In this document: in pieces, positions 13,151 through 23,027 of the stretch
Position numbering within the stretch: the first letter of the stretch is position 1
How the letters are laid out: each line of letters opens with the position of its first letter
From: an uncultured delta proteobacterium
GTDB taxonomy: Bacteria > Desulfobacterota > Binatia > UBA9968
Assembly (NCBI GenBank): GCA_963728565.1
Contig: CAVSLC010000023.1
Location: 285,427-349,426 of the forward strand
Direction of reading: 5' to 3'
Length of the DNA stretch: 64,000 bases
Position numbers and translations under genes: made by a program
Notes under the pieces: model-generated
Seen by the model: only the letters and a program-made list of their open reading frames with translations
Database searches by the model: none
Told to the model about the DNA's origin: nothing

Positions 13151-13183
13151 GTGGAAGATTTGTCTCGAGGGCAGAGTGAAATC

Positions 13184-13927
13184 ATGGCAAACAAAATTGC
13201 AGTAGTGACCGGCGGCGCGGGCGGAATCGGTCAGGCTGTCGCGGCACGGCTGGCGCAGAGCGGATTCGGCGTCTGCATCGTCGATCAAAACGACAAAGTC
13301 GGGCAGGAGTTTGTCGATCAATTGCGTAAAGACAAGTATGACGCCGAATTCTGTCGAATCGAGCTAAGACGCGCCGCTGAAATCAAAGAGGTATTCGAAA
13401 CGATCTACGCAAAGCACCGGCGCATCGACGTGCTGGTGAATCTAGCCGGCGGAACAATCCACAAACATCCGATTCATGAGTTTCCGCTTTCGGAGTGGCG
13501 CGAAGTGATCGATGTCAATCTGAAAGCCACGTTTCTCTGTTGTCAGGCCGTGAGCAAGCGTATGAAAGAAGCCAAAAGCGGCGCCATTATCAACACATCG
13601 TCCAACTTCGGTATAACCGGCAGCGCCGGCAGGACCGCTTACTCGGCGGCCAAAGCTGCCATCATTGCTTTTTCTAAATCACTGGCCTTGGAAATGGCGC
13701 CTTACGGGGTGCGCGTCAATACAATTGCCCCGGGTCTCACCGCAACAGCGCGCGTGCTGGCGGTTCATACCGATGCGGAATGGGCGACGATGAGCGCCGG
13801 CATGCCGCTGGGCCGAGCCGGACAGCCGCAAGATATCGCTGAAGGTATTCATTTTCTCGCCAGCCAGGATAGCGCTTTTATGACGGGGCAGTTGCTCCAT
13901 GTCAATGGCGGCATGGTTTTCAATTGA
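13184..13927 (+). CDS. SDR family NAD(P)-dependent oxidoreductase
   Basis: TGGAGGIG, NLAG, YSAAK, IAPG; ATG 13184 chosen over GTG 13151. Confidence 0.93.
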   Translation: MANKIAVVTGGAGGIGQAVAARLAQSGFGVCIVDQNDKVGQEFVDQLRKDKYDAEFCRIELRRAAEIKEVFETIYAKHRRIDVLVNLAGGTIHKHPIHEFPLSEWREVIDVNLKATFLCCQAVSKRMKEAKSGAIINTSSNFGITGSAGRTAYSAAKAAIIAFSKSLALEMAPYGVRVNTIAPGLTATARVLAVHTDAEWATMSAGMPLGRAGQPQDIAEGIHFLASQDSAFMTGQLLHVNGGMVFN

Positions 13928-13978
13928 GATCTGCTTGGTGAATTGCATGGAAGTGGATGCCGGAAGGCGCCGAGGCAC

Positions 13979-14068
13979 AGGATAAAGGCTGAAGGATAAA
14001 GCGAATGCGGGCCCGAAAGCGCTTTCCAAGTTTTGATTCATCTTTCCGCTTTCATCCTTCGTCCTTTT
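13979..14068. repeat. Intergenic imperfect palindrome of ~7-nt-period AGGATAA/TTCATCC units (REP-like hairpin)
   Basis: aggataaaggctgaaggataaagcg ... ttcatctttccgctttcatccttcgtcctt. Confidence 0.5.
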
Positions 14069-14141
14069 GTACGCAAGAATTATTTTTAGCAACTTTTTAG
14101 CAACTATAGATACGACGATTACTATCCGGAGGTTGTGAAAG

Positions 14142-15227
14142 ATGGCTGAAGCCTACCGACTTTATGCGGGTACTCAGGCGGGAATGATTTTATTTCGGGG
14201 GGTTGCTGATATTTGGACTTCGATGGGCGGTTCGCGGGAGTTTGAGCCGTACTTCAAGGATCGAGTGGTGGATTCCGTTTACGGATGTAAGAATTCTCCG
14301 GAGATTGTCTTTGCCGGCGTCACCTTTGACGGTTTGTACCGCACTCAAGATGCCGGCCGGCATTGGCAGCGCACGCTCGAAGGCGATATTCGCTGGGTGA
14401 CCGTTGACCCTACTGATGATCGCGTCATTTACGCCGGAACCGAACCGGTTCATCTCTATCGCAGCGAAGACGGGGGCGGTAGCTGGGAGGAGCTTACTTC
14501 ACTTACCGAAATGCCCGCCGAAGTTCAGTACAAATGGTATTTTCCGCATCCGCCGCACCAGGGTCACGTGCGCCATATCTATATCGATCCGGAAGATTCG
14601 AACTGTATTTACCTGGCCCTCGAACATGGCGGCATTGTTAGAAGCTTTGACAGGGGCAAGACCTGGGAGGATGTCAGCGAGGGGCTCGAGTATCCCGATA
14701 TTCACATGATCGTCAGATCACCGGGCAGCAAAACAAAATATTTTACTGCGACGTCGCGTGGCTTCTTTCGTGCCGATCCGCCGGAGAAGGGATGGAAGCG
14801 CGCCGAAAAAGGTATGGAAAGCGACTACTTTCATGACGTGATCAATCTGCCCGGCAATCGGCCGGCAATGTTTTTGGCCGCCGGGCATGGCTCGCCGCAG
14901 TATTGGGACAGGCCGGGCGGGGTCGACGGCCGCATCTATCGCAGCGAAGATGGCGGCGAGACTTGGCGGCAGGTGGGCGCAGGATTGCCGGTGAAGCATA
15001 CCGCGATGTGCTGGCAGCTCGCGTATAATCCGTATGACACCGATTCTATTTTTGCGGCGTTCGGCGATGTCGCTCGCGGTCATACGGCAGGCCCTCCCGG
15101 CGAAGGCGCGATTTACGTCACCTACGATCGCGGTGATACCTGGGAAGAAGTCGGCTTGCAAAAGCGCGGCACGAAGTACTTGAGACCTCCGGCGATTCGC
15201 GTGCTTTGGGCTGCTGCCGACGATTGA
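14142..15227 (+). CDS. Asp-box (BNR) repeat beta-propeller protein, no signal peptide
   Basis: Repeated S/TxDxGxxW boxes: RTQDAGRHW, RSEDGGGSW, RSFDRGKTW, RSEDGGETW, TYDRGDTW. Confidence 0.85.
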   Translation: MAEAYRLYAGTQAGMILFRGVADIWTSMGGSREFEPYFKDRVVDSVYGCKNSPEIVFAGVTFDGLYRTQDAGRHWQRTLEGDIRWVTVDPTDDRVIYAGTEPVHLYRSEDGGGSWEELTSLTEMPAEVQYKWYFPHPPHQGHVRHIYIDPEDSNCIYLALEHGGIVRSFDRGKTWEDVSEGLEYPDIHMIVRSPGSKTKYFTATSRGFFRADPPEKGWKRAEKGMESDYFHDVINLPGNRPAMFLAAGHGSPQYWDRPGGVDGRIYRSEDGGETWRQVGAGLPVKHTAMCWQLAYNPYDTDSIFAAFGDVARGHTAGPPGEGAIYVTYDRGDTWEEVGLQKRGTKYLRPPAIRVLWAAADD

Positions 15228-15293
15228 TGGAAGCAGAAACAGCAGAGGCAGATTCGCCTTTCGCGCTGCCGTAGCTAGCCGGCGAGATAACCC

Positions 15294-16157
15294 ATGCGAC
15301 GATTTGAAATCCTGGAACCAAAATCGATTGCCGAAGCGTGTAACATTCTTGCGGCGGAAGAAGACGTCAAGCTCATTGCCGGCGGCACTGCTCTTCTGAT
15401 CTTGATCAAGCAGGGGATCTTCGTTCCGAAAACTTTGATCAATTTAAAAAAAATCAAGGACGCCGGAGAAATTACCTACAACTCCAAAGACGGTTTGCGT
15501 ATCGGCGGACTCGCGAGCATTTACGACGTTGAAAGCGCCGCGGTCGTGCGTGAACACTACCCGCTGCTGGCCGACGCCTGCCATGTGGTTGCCAATATCC
15601 GAATCCGTAACATGGCTACCATCGCCGGTAATCTTGCGCATGCCGACTATCAATCCGACCCTCCGGCGGCGTTGGTCGCTTTGGATGCCAGCGTCGAGTT
15701 GACCAACCGCAGCAGAGTGCGAATCGTCAAGTTAGCCGACTTCTTGATCGGGATGTACGAGACCGGTCTGGAGCGGGATGAATTACTCACCGGCCTGCTG
15801 GTGCCGCCACCGCCGCCCAATTCCAAAGGGACTTACTTAAAGTTTGCCACGCGTTCTTCCGAGGACCGGCCTTGCGCAGGGGTTGCTGCATGGGTGCAAC
15901 GCTCGAACGGCATCTGCCAAGCAGCGCGCGTTGTCGTTGGTGCGGTTTCGCCGGTTCCGGCTGTGGTCGACGGTGCGGATCTTGTGAACGGCACAGCGAT
16001 GACATCGGCATCGATCGAGGAGGTCGCCTCCAAGGCTCAAGCGGCCGTGAATCCCATCGATGACTTGCGGGGTACGGCGGCTTACAAACGTCATCTCGTC
16101 AAGGTTCTGGTGCGGCGCGCGTTGACCGCATGTCTGAACGAGGAAGGGATTCGATGA
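15294..16157 (+). CDS. Xanthine dehydrogenase family FAD-binding (medium, CoxM-like) subunit
   Basis: IAGGTAL, IRNMATIAGNL, SDPPAAL, DDLRGTAAYKR. Confidence 0.93.
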   Translation: MRRFEILEPKSIAEACNILAAEEDVKLIAGGTALLILIKQGIFVPKTLINLKKIKDAGEITYNSKDGLRIGGLASIYDVESAAVVREHYPLLADACHVVANIRIRNMATIAGNLAHADYQSDPPAALVALDASVELTNRSRVRIVKLADFLIGMYETGLERDELLTGLLVPPPPPNSKGTYLKFATRSSEDRPCAGVAAWVQRSNGICQAARVVVGAVSPVPAVVDGADLVNGTAMTSASIEEVASKAQAAVNPIDDLRGTAAYKRHLVKVLVRRALTACLNEEGIR

Positions 16158-18472
16158 GCAGTGTCGGTCTGGATGTTTCTCGCGCCGATGGTCCCGCAAA
16201 GATCAGAGGCGCGGCGCAGTATGCGGCGGACGTCGATCTGCCGGGGATGGTGTACATCAAGGCGCTGCGCAGCGCCTATCCACATGCGAAAATTCTGCGC
16301 GTTGACGCGGGCAAGGCGGAAAAGCTGCCCGGCGTTGTGGCGGTGTTGACCCGCGACGATTTAAAAGGAAAGAACGCGTTTTTTGGGCCTGTTGTGAAAG
16401 ATCAACCGGTGTTGGCTATCGATCGGGTGCGATATGTCGGCGAGGTAATTGCGGCGGTGGCGGCGGAAGCGCGGGATATCGCGGAGGAGGCGCTCGATTT
16501 GATCGAGGTCGACTATGAGCCTTTGCCGGCTGTGTATGATCTGCTCGAGGCGATGAAGCCGGAAGCGCCCGTGCTCCATGCAGATCGAATCAAAGCGCAA
16601 TCGTTCCCGGCCAAGAGCGGCTTCCGTCTTCAGGACCAAGGCAATGTGCTTAGCCGATATCATGTCGATGATGGCGACGTTGCTGTCGGCTTTAGCGAGT
16701 CGGACGAAATTTTTGAGGATGTGTATACATCGCCGAAAATACAGCACGCGCACATCGAGCCTCATGCGACGGTGGCTTACTGGGAGCCGTCCGGAAAACT
16801 GGTCTTGTACACCTCGACGCAAACGCCGTCATCGATACGAACCCAGCTGGCCGAACTTCTGGGTCTGCCGCAGTCGAGGGTGCGAGTCATCGTGCCGTTC
16901 GTCGGCGGCGGATATGGCGCCAAGACGCATCCGCGCTTGGAACCATTGGCCGCGTTGGTCGCGCGCAAGGCGCATCGGCCGGTCCAGTGGGTGTTGACGC
17001 GGGAGGAAGTATTTCTTACCGCCCATTGCCAGGCAGCCGTGGTGAAAATCAAAACCGGCGTCAAGAGGGACGGAACGATGGTCGCGCGACAGGTCGAAGC
17101 GGTCTACGACATCGGCGCATACGCATTGACCTCAACCAACACCGGACGCAACGGCGGCGAAGTATCCGGCGGACCTTATCGGATCAAGCACCAGGATTTG
17201 ACGACTTACTGTGTCTACACCAATACACCGCCGACCGGCCCTTATCGTGGGTTTGGCGTGCCGCAGGTGTGCTGGGCGTACGAGTCGCAGATGGATGATA
17301 TCGCCCGTCGATTGGGCATCGATCCGCTGGAGCTGCGGCTAAAAAATCTGGTGCGCGAAGGTGATCCGTTTGTAACGGGGCACAATCTGGTCTCCGTCGG
17401 AATTTCGGAGTGCGCTCGGCGCGCCGCCGAAGCCATCGGATGGCAGCGGGGCGCCGAGCAAGCTCCCCGCGCGCTCTCGGGTAAAGTACGTGGCAAGGGC
17501 ATGGCGGTGATGATCAAGACCACGATGACGCCGTCGAATTCTTCAGCGCTCGTGCGGCTCAACGCCGATGGTTCGGCGGTGTTGCTGACCAGCAGTGTCG
17601 AGATCGGTCAGGGGACACTGACGTCGCTCGCGCAGATCGTCGCCGAGGAACTAGGGCTGTCCGTCGACCGTGTGAGCGTAACCTTCCCCGATACCGATGT
17701 GACGCCGTTCGATCAGTCCACCAGTTCGAGCCGGACGGTGTTTAGCATGGGCGGGGCGGCGCGGCAGGCGGCGCATCAAATTCGCCAGCAGCTCCTGGAA
17801 ATCGGCGCCCGGCTTCTGGAGGCGAACGTCGAGGATCTCCAATTGATCAATGGTTTTCTGGAGGTCAAAGGAGTGCCGGATAAGCGGCGCAGCATTCCGC
17901 AATTATTTCAGGCGCGCTATGGAGCAGCCGTCGGAAATATGGTCGGCAGTTTCGACAATCAGACATCAGGCGGGTTGGATCCGACAACCGGAAAAGGAAA
18001 AGGTTCGGTCTTCTATTTCCTGTCGGCTTGCGCCGCGGAAGTCGAAGTGGACACCGACACGGGAAAAATAACCGTGCAACAAGTCATATCCGCAGTAGAT
18101 GCGGGCAAAGCCATCAATCCTCGGCAATGCCACATGCAGAATGAGGGTTCGATGATCATGTCGCTGGGGTCCAGTTTGTTTGAAGAGATGGTGTTCGATA
18201 ACGGCCAGCCGATCAACGCGACGTTCCTAGAATACATGCCGCCGTCGATGGAAGATCATCCCAAGAAGTTTCAGTCGCTATTGGTCGAAACACCGCATCC
18301 CGAAGGACCTTACGGTGCCAAAGGCGTCGGCGAAGCGGGCCTCGGTCCGATCGAGCCGGCCATCGGCAACGCGCTGGCTAATGCTTTGAACGGAATACGG
18401 GTCAAGGATTTACCGCTACGGCCGGATCGAGTTTTGGCGGCGGTTCAGTCTGCGAAAGAGCATGGCGCATGA
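16154..18472 (+). CDS. Xanthine dehydrogenase family molybdopterin-binding (large) subunit, copy 1
   Basis: GGGYG, GPYRGFG, EIGQG, AKGVGE; ATGA overlaps with both neighbours. Confidence 0.95.
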   Translation: MSSVGLDVSRADGPAKIRGAAQYAADVDLPGMVYIKALRSAYPHAKILRVDAGKAEKLPGVVAVLTRDDLKGKNAFFGPVVKDQPVLAIDRVRYVGEVIAAVAAEARDIAEEALDLIEVDYEPLPAVYDLLEAMKPEAPVLHADRIKAQSFPAKSGFRLQDQGNVLSRYHVDDGDVAVGFSESDEIFEDVYTSPKIQHAHIEPHATVAYWEPSGKLVLYTSTQTPSSIRTQLAELLGLPQSRVRVIVPFVGGGYGAKTHPRLEPLAALVARKAHRPVQWVLTREEVFLTAHCQAAVVKIKTGVKRDGTMVARQVEAVYDIGAYALTSTNTGRNGGEVSGGPYRIKHQDLTTYCVYTNTPPTGPYRGFGVPQVCWAYESQMDDIARRLGIDPLELRLKNLVREGDPFVTGHNLVSVGISECARRAAEAIGWQRGAEQAPRALSGKVRGKGMAVMIKTTMTPSNSSALVRLNADGSAVLLTSSVEIGQGTLTSLAQIVAEELGLSVDRVSVTFPDTDVTPFDQSTSSSRTVFSMGGAARQAAHQIRQQLLEIGARLLEANVEDLQLINGFLEVKGVPDKRRSIPQLFQARYGAAVGNMVGSFDNQTSGGLDPTTGKGKGSVFYFLSACAAEVEVDTDTGKITVQQVISAVDAGKAINPRQCHMQNEGSMIMSLGSSLFEEMVFDNGQPINATFLEYMPPSMEDHPKKFQSLLVETPHPEGPYGAKGVGEAGLGPIEPAIGNALANALNGIRVKDLPLRPDRVLAAVQSAKEHGA

Positions 18473-18945
18473 AGATCGAAATTCGCACGACGGTTAACGG
18501 CCGCGAAATGGAAGCCGTGGTGAAGCCGAACCAGACCGTGCTGGACTGGTTGCGCGATGATTTGCGCCTGCGCGGCAGCGTCGAAGGATGCGGCGTCGGC
18601 GTCTGTGGATCCTGCACCGTGCTGGTCGACGGCCGGCCCGTTAGTTCTTGTTTGATGCTGGCCACCAACATCGAAGGCAAGCAGCTAACGACCATTGAAG
18701 GTTTGGCAACAGGAGATGAGCTCGATCCCATCCAGCAGGCGTTTCTCGACAAACAGGCGTTTCAATGCGGCTACTGCACGCCGGGAATGATTATGGCCAC
18801 CAAGGGACTGCTGAATAGCAATCCTCGGCCGACGGAGGAAGAAGCGCGCGATTACCTGTCGGGAAATATCTGCCGTTGCGGCACGTATTCAGAAGTCCTC
18901 GCGGCGGTGAAAAGCTTGTCCGAGGGAAACGGCACCAAGCAATAG
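18469..18945 (+). CDS. Xanthine dehydrogenase family (2Fe-2S)-binding (small) subunit
   Basis: GCGVGVCGSCTV...SCL, QCGYCTPG, GNICRCG. Confidence 0.96.
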   Translation: MKIEIRTTVNGREMEAVVKPNQTVLDWLRDDLRLRGSVEGCGVGVCGSCTVLVDGRPVSSCLMLATNIEGKQLTTIEGLATGDELDPIQQAFLDKQAFQCGYCTPGMIMATKGLLNSNPRPTEEEARDYLSGNICRCGTYSEVLAAVKSLSEGNGTKQ

Positions 18946-18964
18946 AGTCGGAGACAAACATCCA

Positions 18965-20323
18965 ATGATCAATGACCTGCGAGAGTTCCTCAATCTCCTG
19001 GAAGCAAAGAAAGACCTGGTCCACATCAGTCGGCCGACTTCGCCGCGCTTCGAGATCGCCGCAGGGATCAGAAAGACATCCGACATCGAGGGGCCGGCAT
19101 TGCTCTTCGACAATGTCGTCGGCCATTCGATGCCGGTAGTTGGCGGCCTTTACGCGGTTCGACGGCGCGCGATCTGGGGCCTTGAGACCACACCGGAAAA
19201 GATTCACAGCAAGATCATGGAAGGTCTCAAGAACCATATCCCGCCACGTCTGGTGAAAGATGGTCCTTGCAAAGAGGTGATCTTAACCGGGAAAGATGCG
19301 GATTTCAGTCGCCTGCCGATCTGTACCCATAACAGCAAGGATGCCGGTCCATTTATCACAATCGGCCTTGGTTTTATTCGTCACCCCGACTACGGCAATA
19401 ACGTGTCGATCAGCCGCATGCAGATTTACGACGGCAAAACCATGGGATGCCGAAGCGTACCGCCGCAGCACCTGGGCGTTTATTTTCGTGAGTTCGAAGC
19501 CAAGGGAAAAGCCATGGAGGTTGCCTTCACCATCGGCAACGATCCGTACGTGACTTTGTGCTCTCAGGTCTCGGGCTCGATCTTCATGGACGAACTGGAA
19601 ATCGCCGGAGGATGGCGAGGCGAGCCCGTCGATGTCGTGCAATGCGAGACCATCGACGTCCAGGTGCCCGCCACCAGCGAGATCGTGCTCGAGGGAGAAT
19701 TGACTGCCGGCGAGCGCCGCACTGAAGGACCGTTCGGCGAGTTTCCAGGCTACTATCAGGCGGTGACCGAACAGCCCGTGTTTAAATTGAAAGCCATCAC
19801 CCACCGGCGCAATCCGATTTACATTACCGCGCTCACCGGCCCGCCGACCACCGATAACCATGTCATGAGAGAAATTGTTCTCGAAGCCGTGTTGTATGAC
19901 CGGATTCGTCAGATCTGCCCTACGGTGCGCGACGTCTGCGTCACTAAAGGCGGCGTCAATTTGCATGTGGTTGTTTCGATCAGGCCGACCTTTATCGCCC
20001 AAGCCCGCGACGTCATGCTGGCTTGTTTTTCAACCGAGCGTATTCGACCCAAGCTGGTGACGGTGGTCGATGAGGATATCGACCCGCGCGATCCGGTCAT
20101 GGTCGAATGGGCAATGGCGACGCGCTTTCAAGCGGATCGCGATCTCATGGTCCTGCCGAGACAGGTCGGCGCGCCTCTGGATCCATCGACGCCGGCGCCG
20201 CGTCTCGGCGCCATCATGGGCATCGACGCGACGCGTCCTTATGGTCAAGAATTTCCGGAGGTAGCGGTAGTTCCGGGCGCGGAGGATTTTGTCATCCCCG
20301 GATGGACCGATTGTCGTCGCTGA
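18965..20323 (+). CDS. UbiD family prenyl-FMN-dependent (de)carboxylase
   Basis: DLREFLNLLE start, GPALLFDN, SISRMQ, EIVLEG, EGPFGEFPGYY, VVDEDID, MGIDAT. Confidence 0.93.
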   Translation: MINDLREFLNLLEAKKDLVHISRPTSPRFEIAAGIRKTSDIEGPALLFDNVVGHSMPVVGGLYAVRRRAIWGLETTPEKIHSKIMEGLKNHIPPRLVKDGPCKEVILTGKDADFSRLPICTHNSKDAGPFITIGLGFIRHPDYGNNVSISRMQIYDGKTMGCRSVPPQHLGVYFREFEAKGKAMEVAFTIGNDPYVTLCSQVSGSIFMDELEIAGGWRGEPVDVVQCETIDVQVPATSEIVLEGELTAGERRTEGPFGEFPGYYQAVTEQPVFKLKAITHRRNPIYITALTGPPTTDNHVMREIVLEAVLYDRIRQICPTVRDVCVTKGGVNLHVVVSIRPTFIAQARDVMLACFSTERIRPKLVTVVDEDIDPRDPVMVEWAMATRFQADRDLMVLPRQVGAPLDPSTPAPRLGAIMGIDATRPYGQEFPEVAVVPGAEDFVIPGWTDCRR

Positions 20324-20549
20324 GGTGCCGAGGAGGATGCCGCCAAGCGTGACAAGTCGTCTCTGGGTGCCAACAATTGAGGTGGCGATGCTCTGTTTTC
20401 AGCAACGGGTCGGGGTAGGCGCGTGTTTTCATCGTGATCTCATGCGCGAAAACAGACGCGGAAAGTCGGTCAGTGGCACTGCGGTGGTTAACTGGATACA
20501 CAGGGCCTCTGAATGCGTTTCTCAACCGGAGGAGAAAGGAAGAAGGGAA

Positions 20550-21533
20550 ATGATTTAATAATCATACTTGTGAGTTTTCGTATTTTCGGCCGAGATGCGC
20601 TCTTCGCGCAAACGCCTTTTCTTCATAGCTATTCCGGAACGAGCAGCGCGCAGCTCGCGATCTGGGCGGCAAAAGATTTAAACTCTTCTCCAAATACGGA
20701 CTCGATGTTGACTTTGTGTTTATTGCCGGCGGCGCGCGTGGCATGCAGGCGCTCGTCGGAGGGAGCACCCAGTCGGCTGACAGCGATGGCGTCGCGCCGA
20801 TTCATGTGATTCATCGCGGCGGAGACGCGGTCATCGTGGCGGGTCTCAATAACAAGCCTTTGTTCAAGTTTGTAACTCAAAAAGAAATAACCGAGCCTGC
20901 GCAACTGCGCAAGAAAAGAATCGGCGTGGCCAACTTCGGCGGGTCGACAGAATTTGCCGTGACCACGGCGCTAAAAGAGTGGAACATTCCGCGAGAAGCC
21001 GTGACCCTCGTAGCCGCCGGCGGAAGTGCCGTGCGCCTGGCGGCAATGGAAAAGAAAGGTTTGGATGCGACGGTTCTTCCTTATGACCAAGCCGCCGCCG
21101 GGAGCAAAGCCGGTTTGAGAATTTTAGCGGACATGCCCACTTTGGTGCCAAGTTTTCCCGACAAGGTCATCATCATGCGCCGCTCGTTTGTTCAAAAGGA
21201 GCGCGACGAGTTAAAAGATTTCTACAAGGATTGAGCGAAGCGATTTACCAGATTTCGGTCAGTCCTGAAAAAAGCATGTCAATTCTGAGCAAACGGCTCG
21301 GCGTCAAAGATCCGAAAGTGATCGAGGAGAATTACAATATATACGGCCGGCTCTTCGCTTTCCCGCCGCGAGTCGGTCGAAAAGGCATGGATGGTGTTTT
21401 GGAGCAGATCCAGCAACAGTCCGGTGGCGCAAAATCCGACTTCGAGTTCGAGCGGTTTGTCGATGAAAGTATCGTTGATGAACTGGAGCGAGAAGGCTTC
21501 TTTAAGAAAATCAGCAGCGACAGGTCCAGATGA
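20550..21533 (+). CDS. NitT/TauT (SsuA/THI5-like) ABC solute-binding protein, apparent frameshifts near 20555, 20685 and 21220
   Basis: Consecutive ORF pieces 20513-20809 (signal peptide, LAIWAAKD), 20716-21234 (LRKKRIGVANFGGST) and 21231-21533 (FVDESIVDELEREGF) join into one protein. Confidence 0.8.
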
Positions 21534-21582
21534 CACAGTGACTTCAGTGACGATCCCAGAAGAAAAATCCAGGTGTAACGTG

Positions 21583-23004
21583 ATGACAGATGCTTGGGAT
21601 GAAGAAGCGGATGTGGTGGTGTTGGGCTGCGGTGGAGCAGGGGCCGTTGCTGCAATTTCGGCATATGACAGTGGAGCAAAGGTCATCGTGGTGGAGAAGG
21701 GCGAATTCGGCGGCAACACCCGCCTGGCTACGATGGCGTTCCTTTGCCCAACCAATAATTCATTAGCTAGAGAACACATCAAGGCTCTCTCTTTTGGAAG
21801 GCTAGACGATGCCATTATAGATGCCTATGTCGAATGGACGTCGAAGAATGTTGAGTACGTCGAACAGCTAGGCGGGGAAGTGGAGACCTGTTTCCCAGGG
21901 GCATCGTTCTCCATCTTGCCGGGTTCTGAGACCATGCTGCGGTATCGAGTCGGGGCCAGGGCAGCAGGTGAATTAGGTGGAGAGTCTCTGTGGAACCTGC
22001 TTTCGGAAAATTTGCAACAACGTAGGATACCTGTTCACCCACACACGACTGCGACTAAGATTATCCGTTTGGACGATGAAGTTATCGGGGTAGCAACTCA
22101 GAAAGAAGAGCAACGTTTTAACATCCGTGCTCGTAAAGCAGTTGTGCTCGCCACAGGAGGGTTCGAGTACAATGAGGAGCTCAAACGAGAATTTCTGCCG
22201 GCTTATCCGATTTTCGCGTATGGCAATGCCGGAAATACCGGCGACGGCATTAGACTGGCGCAGGAGCTTGGTGCCGATCTGTGGCATATGAATGCCGTCG
22301 CAGCTCCAATGGGGTACAAATTTCCGGAGTTTCAATCCGCATTCATCATGCGCATGCCGGCACATGGATACATTATCGTCGATCACAACGGCAACCGATT
22401 CTGCAACGAAACAGGGCTCGAGCATTATAGCATGTGGATGTCGGTCACATCGTTCGATACCGAATCTCTTTGTTTCCCGCGCATACCATCCTACTTGATA
22501 TTTGACGAGCAGACTCGGTTAACGGGACCAATCACCCGGGTAGGGCACGGCGTTAACAGAGCCTATCGATGGAGTGCGGATAATTCTGAAGAAGTACGGC
22601 GGGGATGGATTCAAAGCGACAACAGTTCTTCGCAGCTTGCGAGCAAGCTCGGTATCAAACCGAGTGAGAAACTGACAGAGACTTTAGATTTTTATCAAAA
22701 AGCCTGCACAATCGGCAGTGACACGAAATTTGGGCGTTCTCAAGAAACCCTCGTCGGGTTTGTCGGCAAGTATTACGGCGTCCCGCTGTGGCCGTGTTTA
22801 TTGAATACTCAGGGTGGTCCCAAACGGAATGCAAGAGGAGAGATAGTTGATGTTTGGGGTAAGCCTATCAAGCGGCTTTACGGTGTCGGAGAGATGGGCT
22901 CCATTTGGGGATTTCTGTACCAGAGCGGCGGAAATTTGGCAGAATGCTTGGGATTAGGACGAATGGTGGGGCTCAATGCAGCAGCGGAGCTTCCTTTGAA
23001 CTAA
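21583..23004 (+). CDS. FAD-dependent oxidoreductase, fumarate reductase / 3-ketosteroid dehydrogenase / TcuA flavoprotein family
   Basis: WDEEADVVVLGCGGAG, VVLATGGFE, NTGDGI, GNRFCNE, NTQGGP, LYGVGE. Confidence 0.88.
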   Translation: MTDAWDEEADVVVLGCGGAGAVAAISAYDSGAKVIVVEKGEFGGNTRLATMAFLCPTNNSLAREHIKALSFGRLDDAIIDAYVEWTSKNVEYVEQLGGEVETCFPGASFSILPGSETMLRYRVGARAAGELGGESLWNLLSENLQQRRIPVHPHTTATKIIRLDDEVIGVATQKEEQRFNIRARKAVVLATGGFEYNEELKREFLPAYPIFAYGNAGNTGDGIRLAQELGADLWHMNAVAAPMGYKFPEFQSAFIMRMPAHGYIIVDHNGNRFCNETGLEHYSMWMSVTSFDTESLCFPRIPSYLIFDEQTRLTGPITRVGHGVNRAYRWSADNSEEVRRGWIQSDNSSSQLASKLGIKPSEKLTETLDFYQKACTIGSDTKFGRSQETLVGFVGKYYGVPLWPCLLNTQGGPKRNARGEIVDVWGKPIKRLYGVGEMGSIWGFLYQSGGNLAECLGLGRMVGLNAAAELPLN

Positions 23005-23027
23005 ATGGGAACGACCGGGGAGAGATT

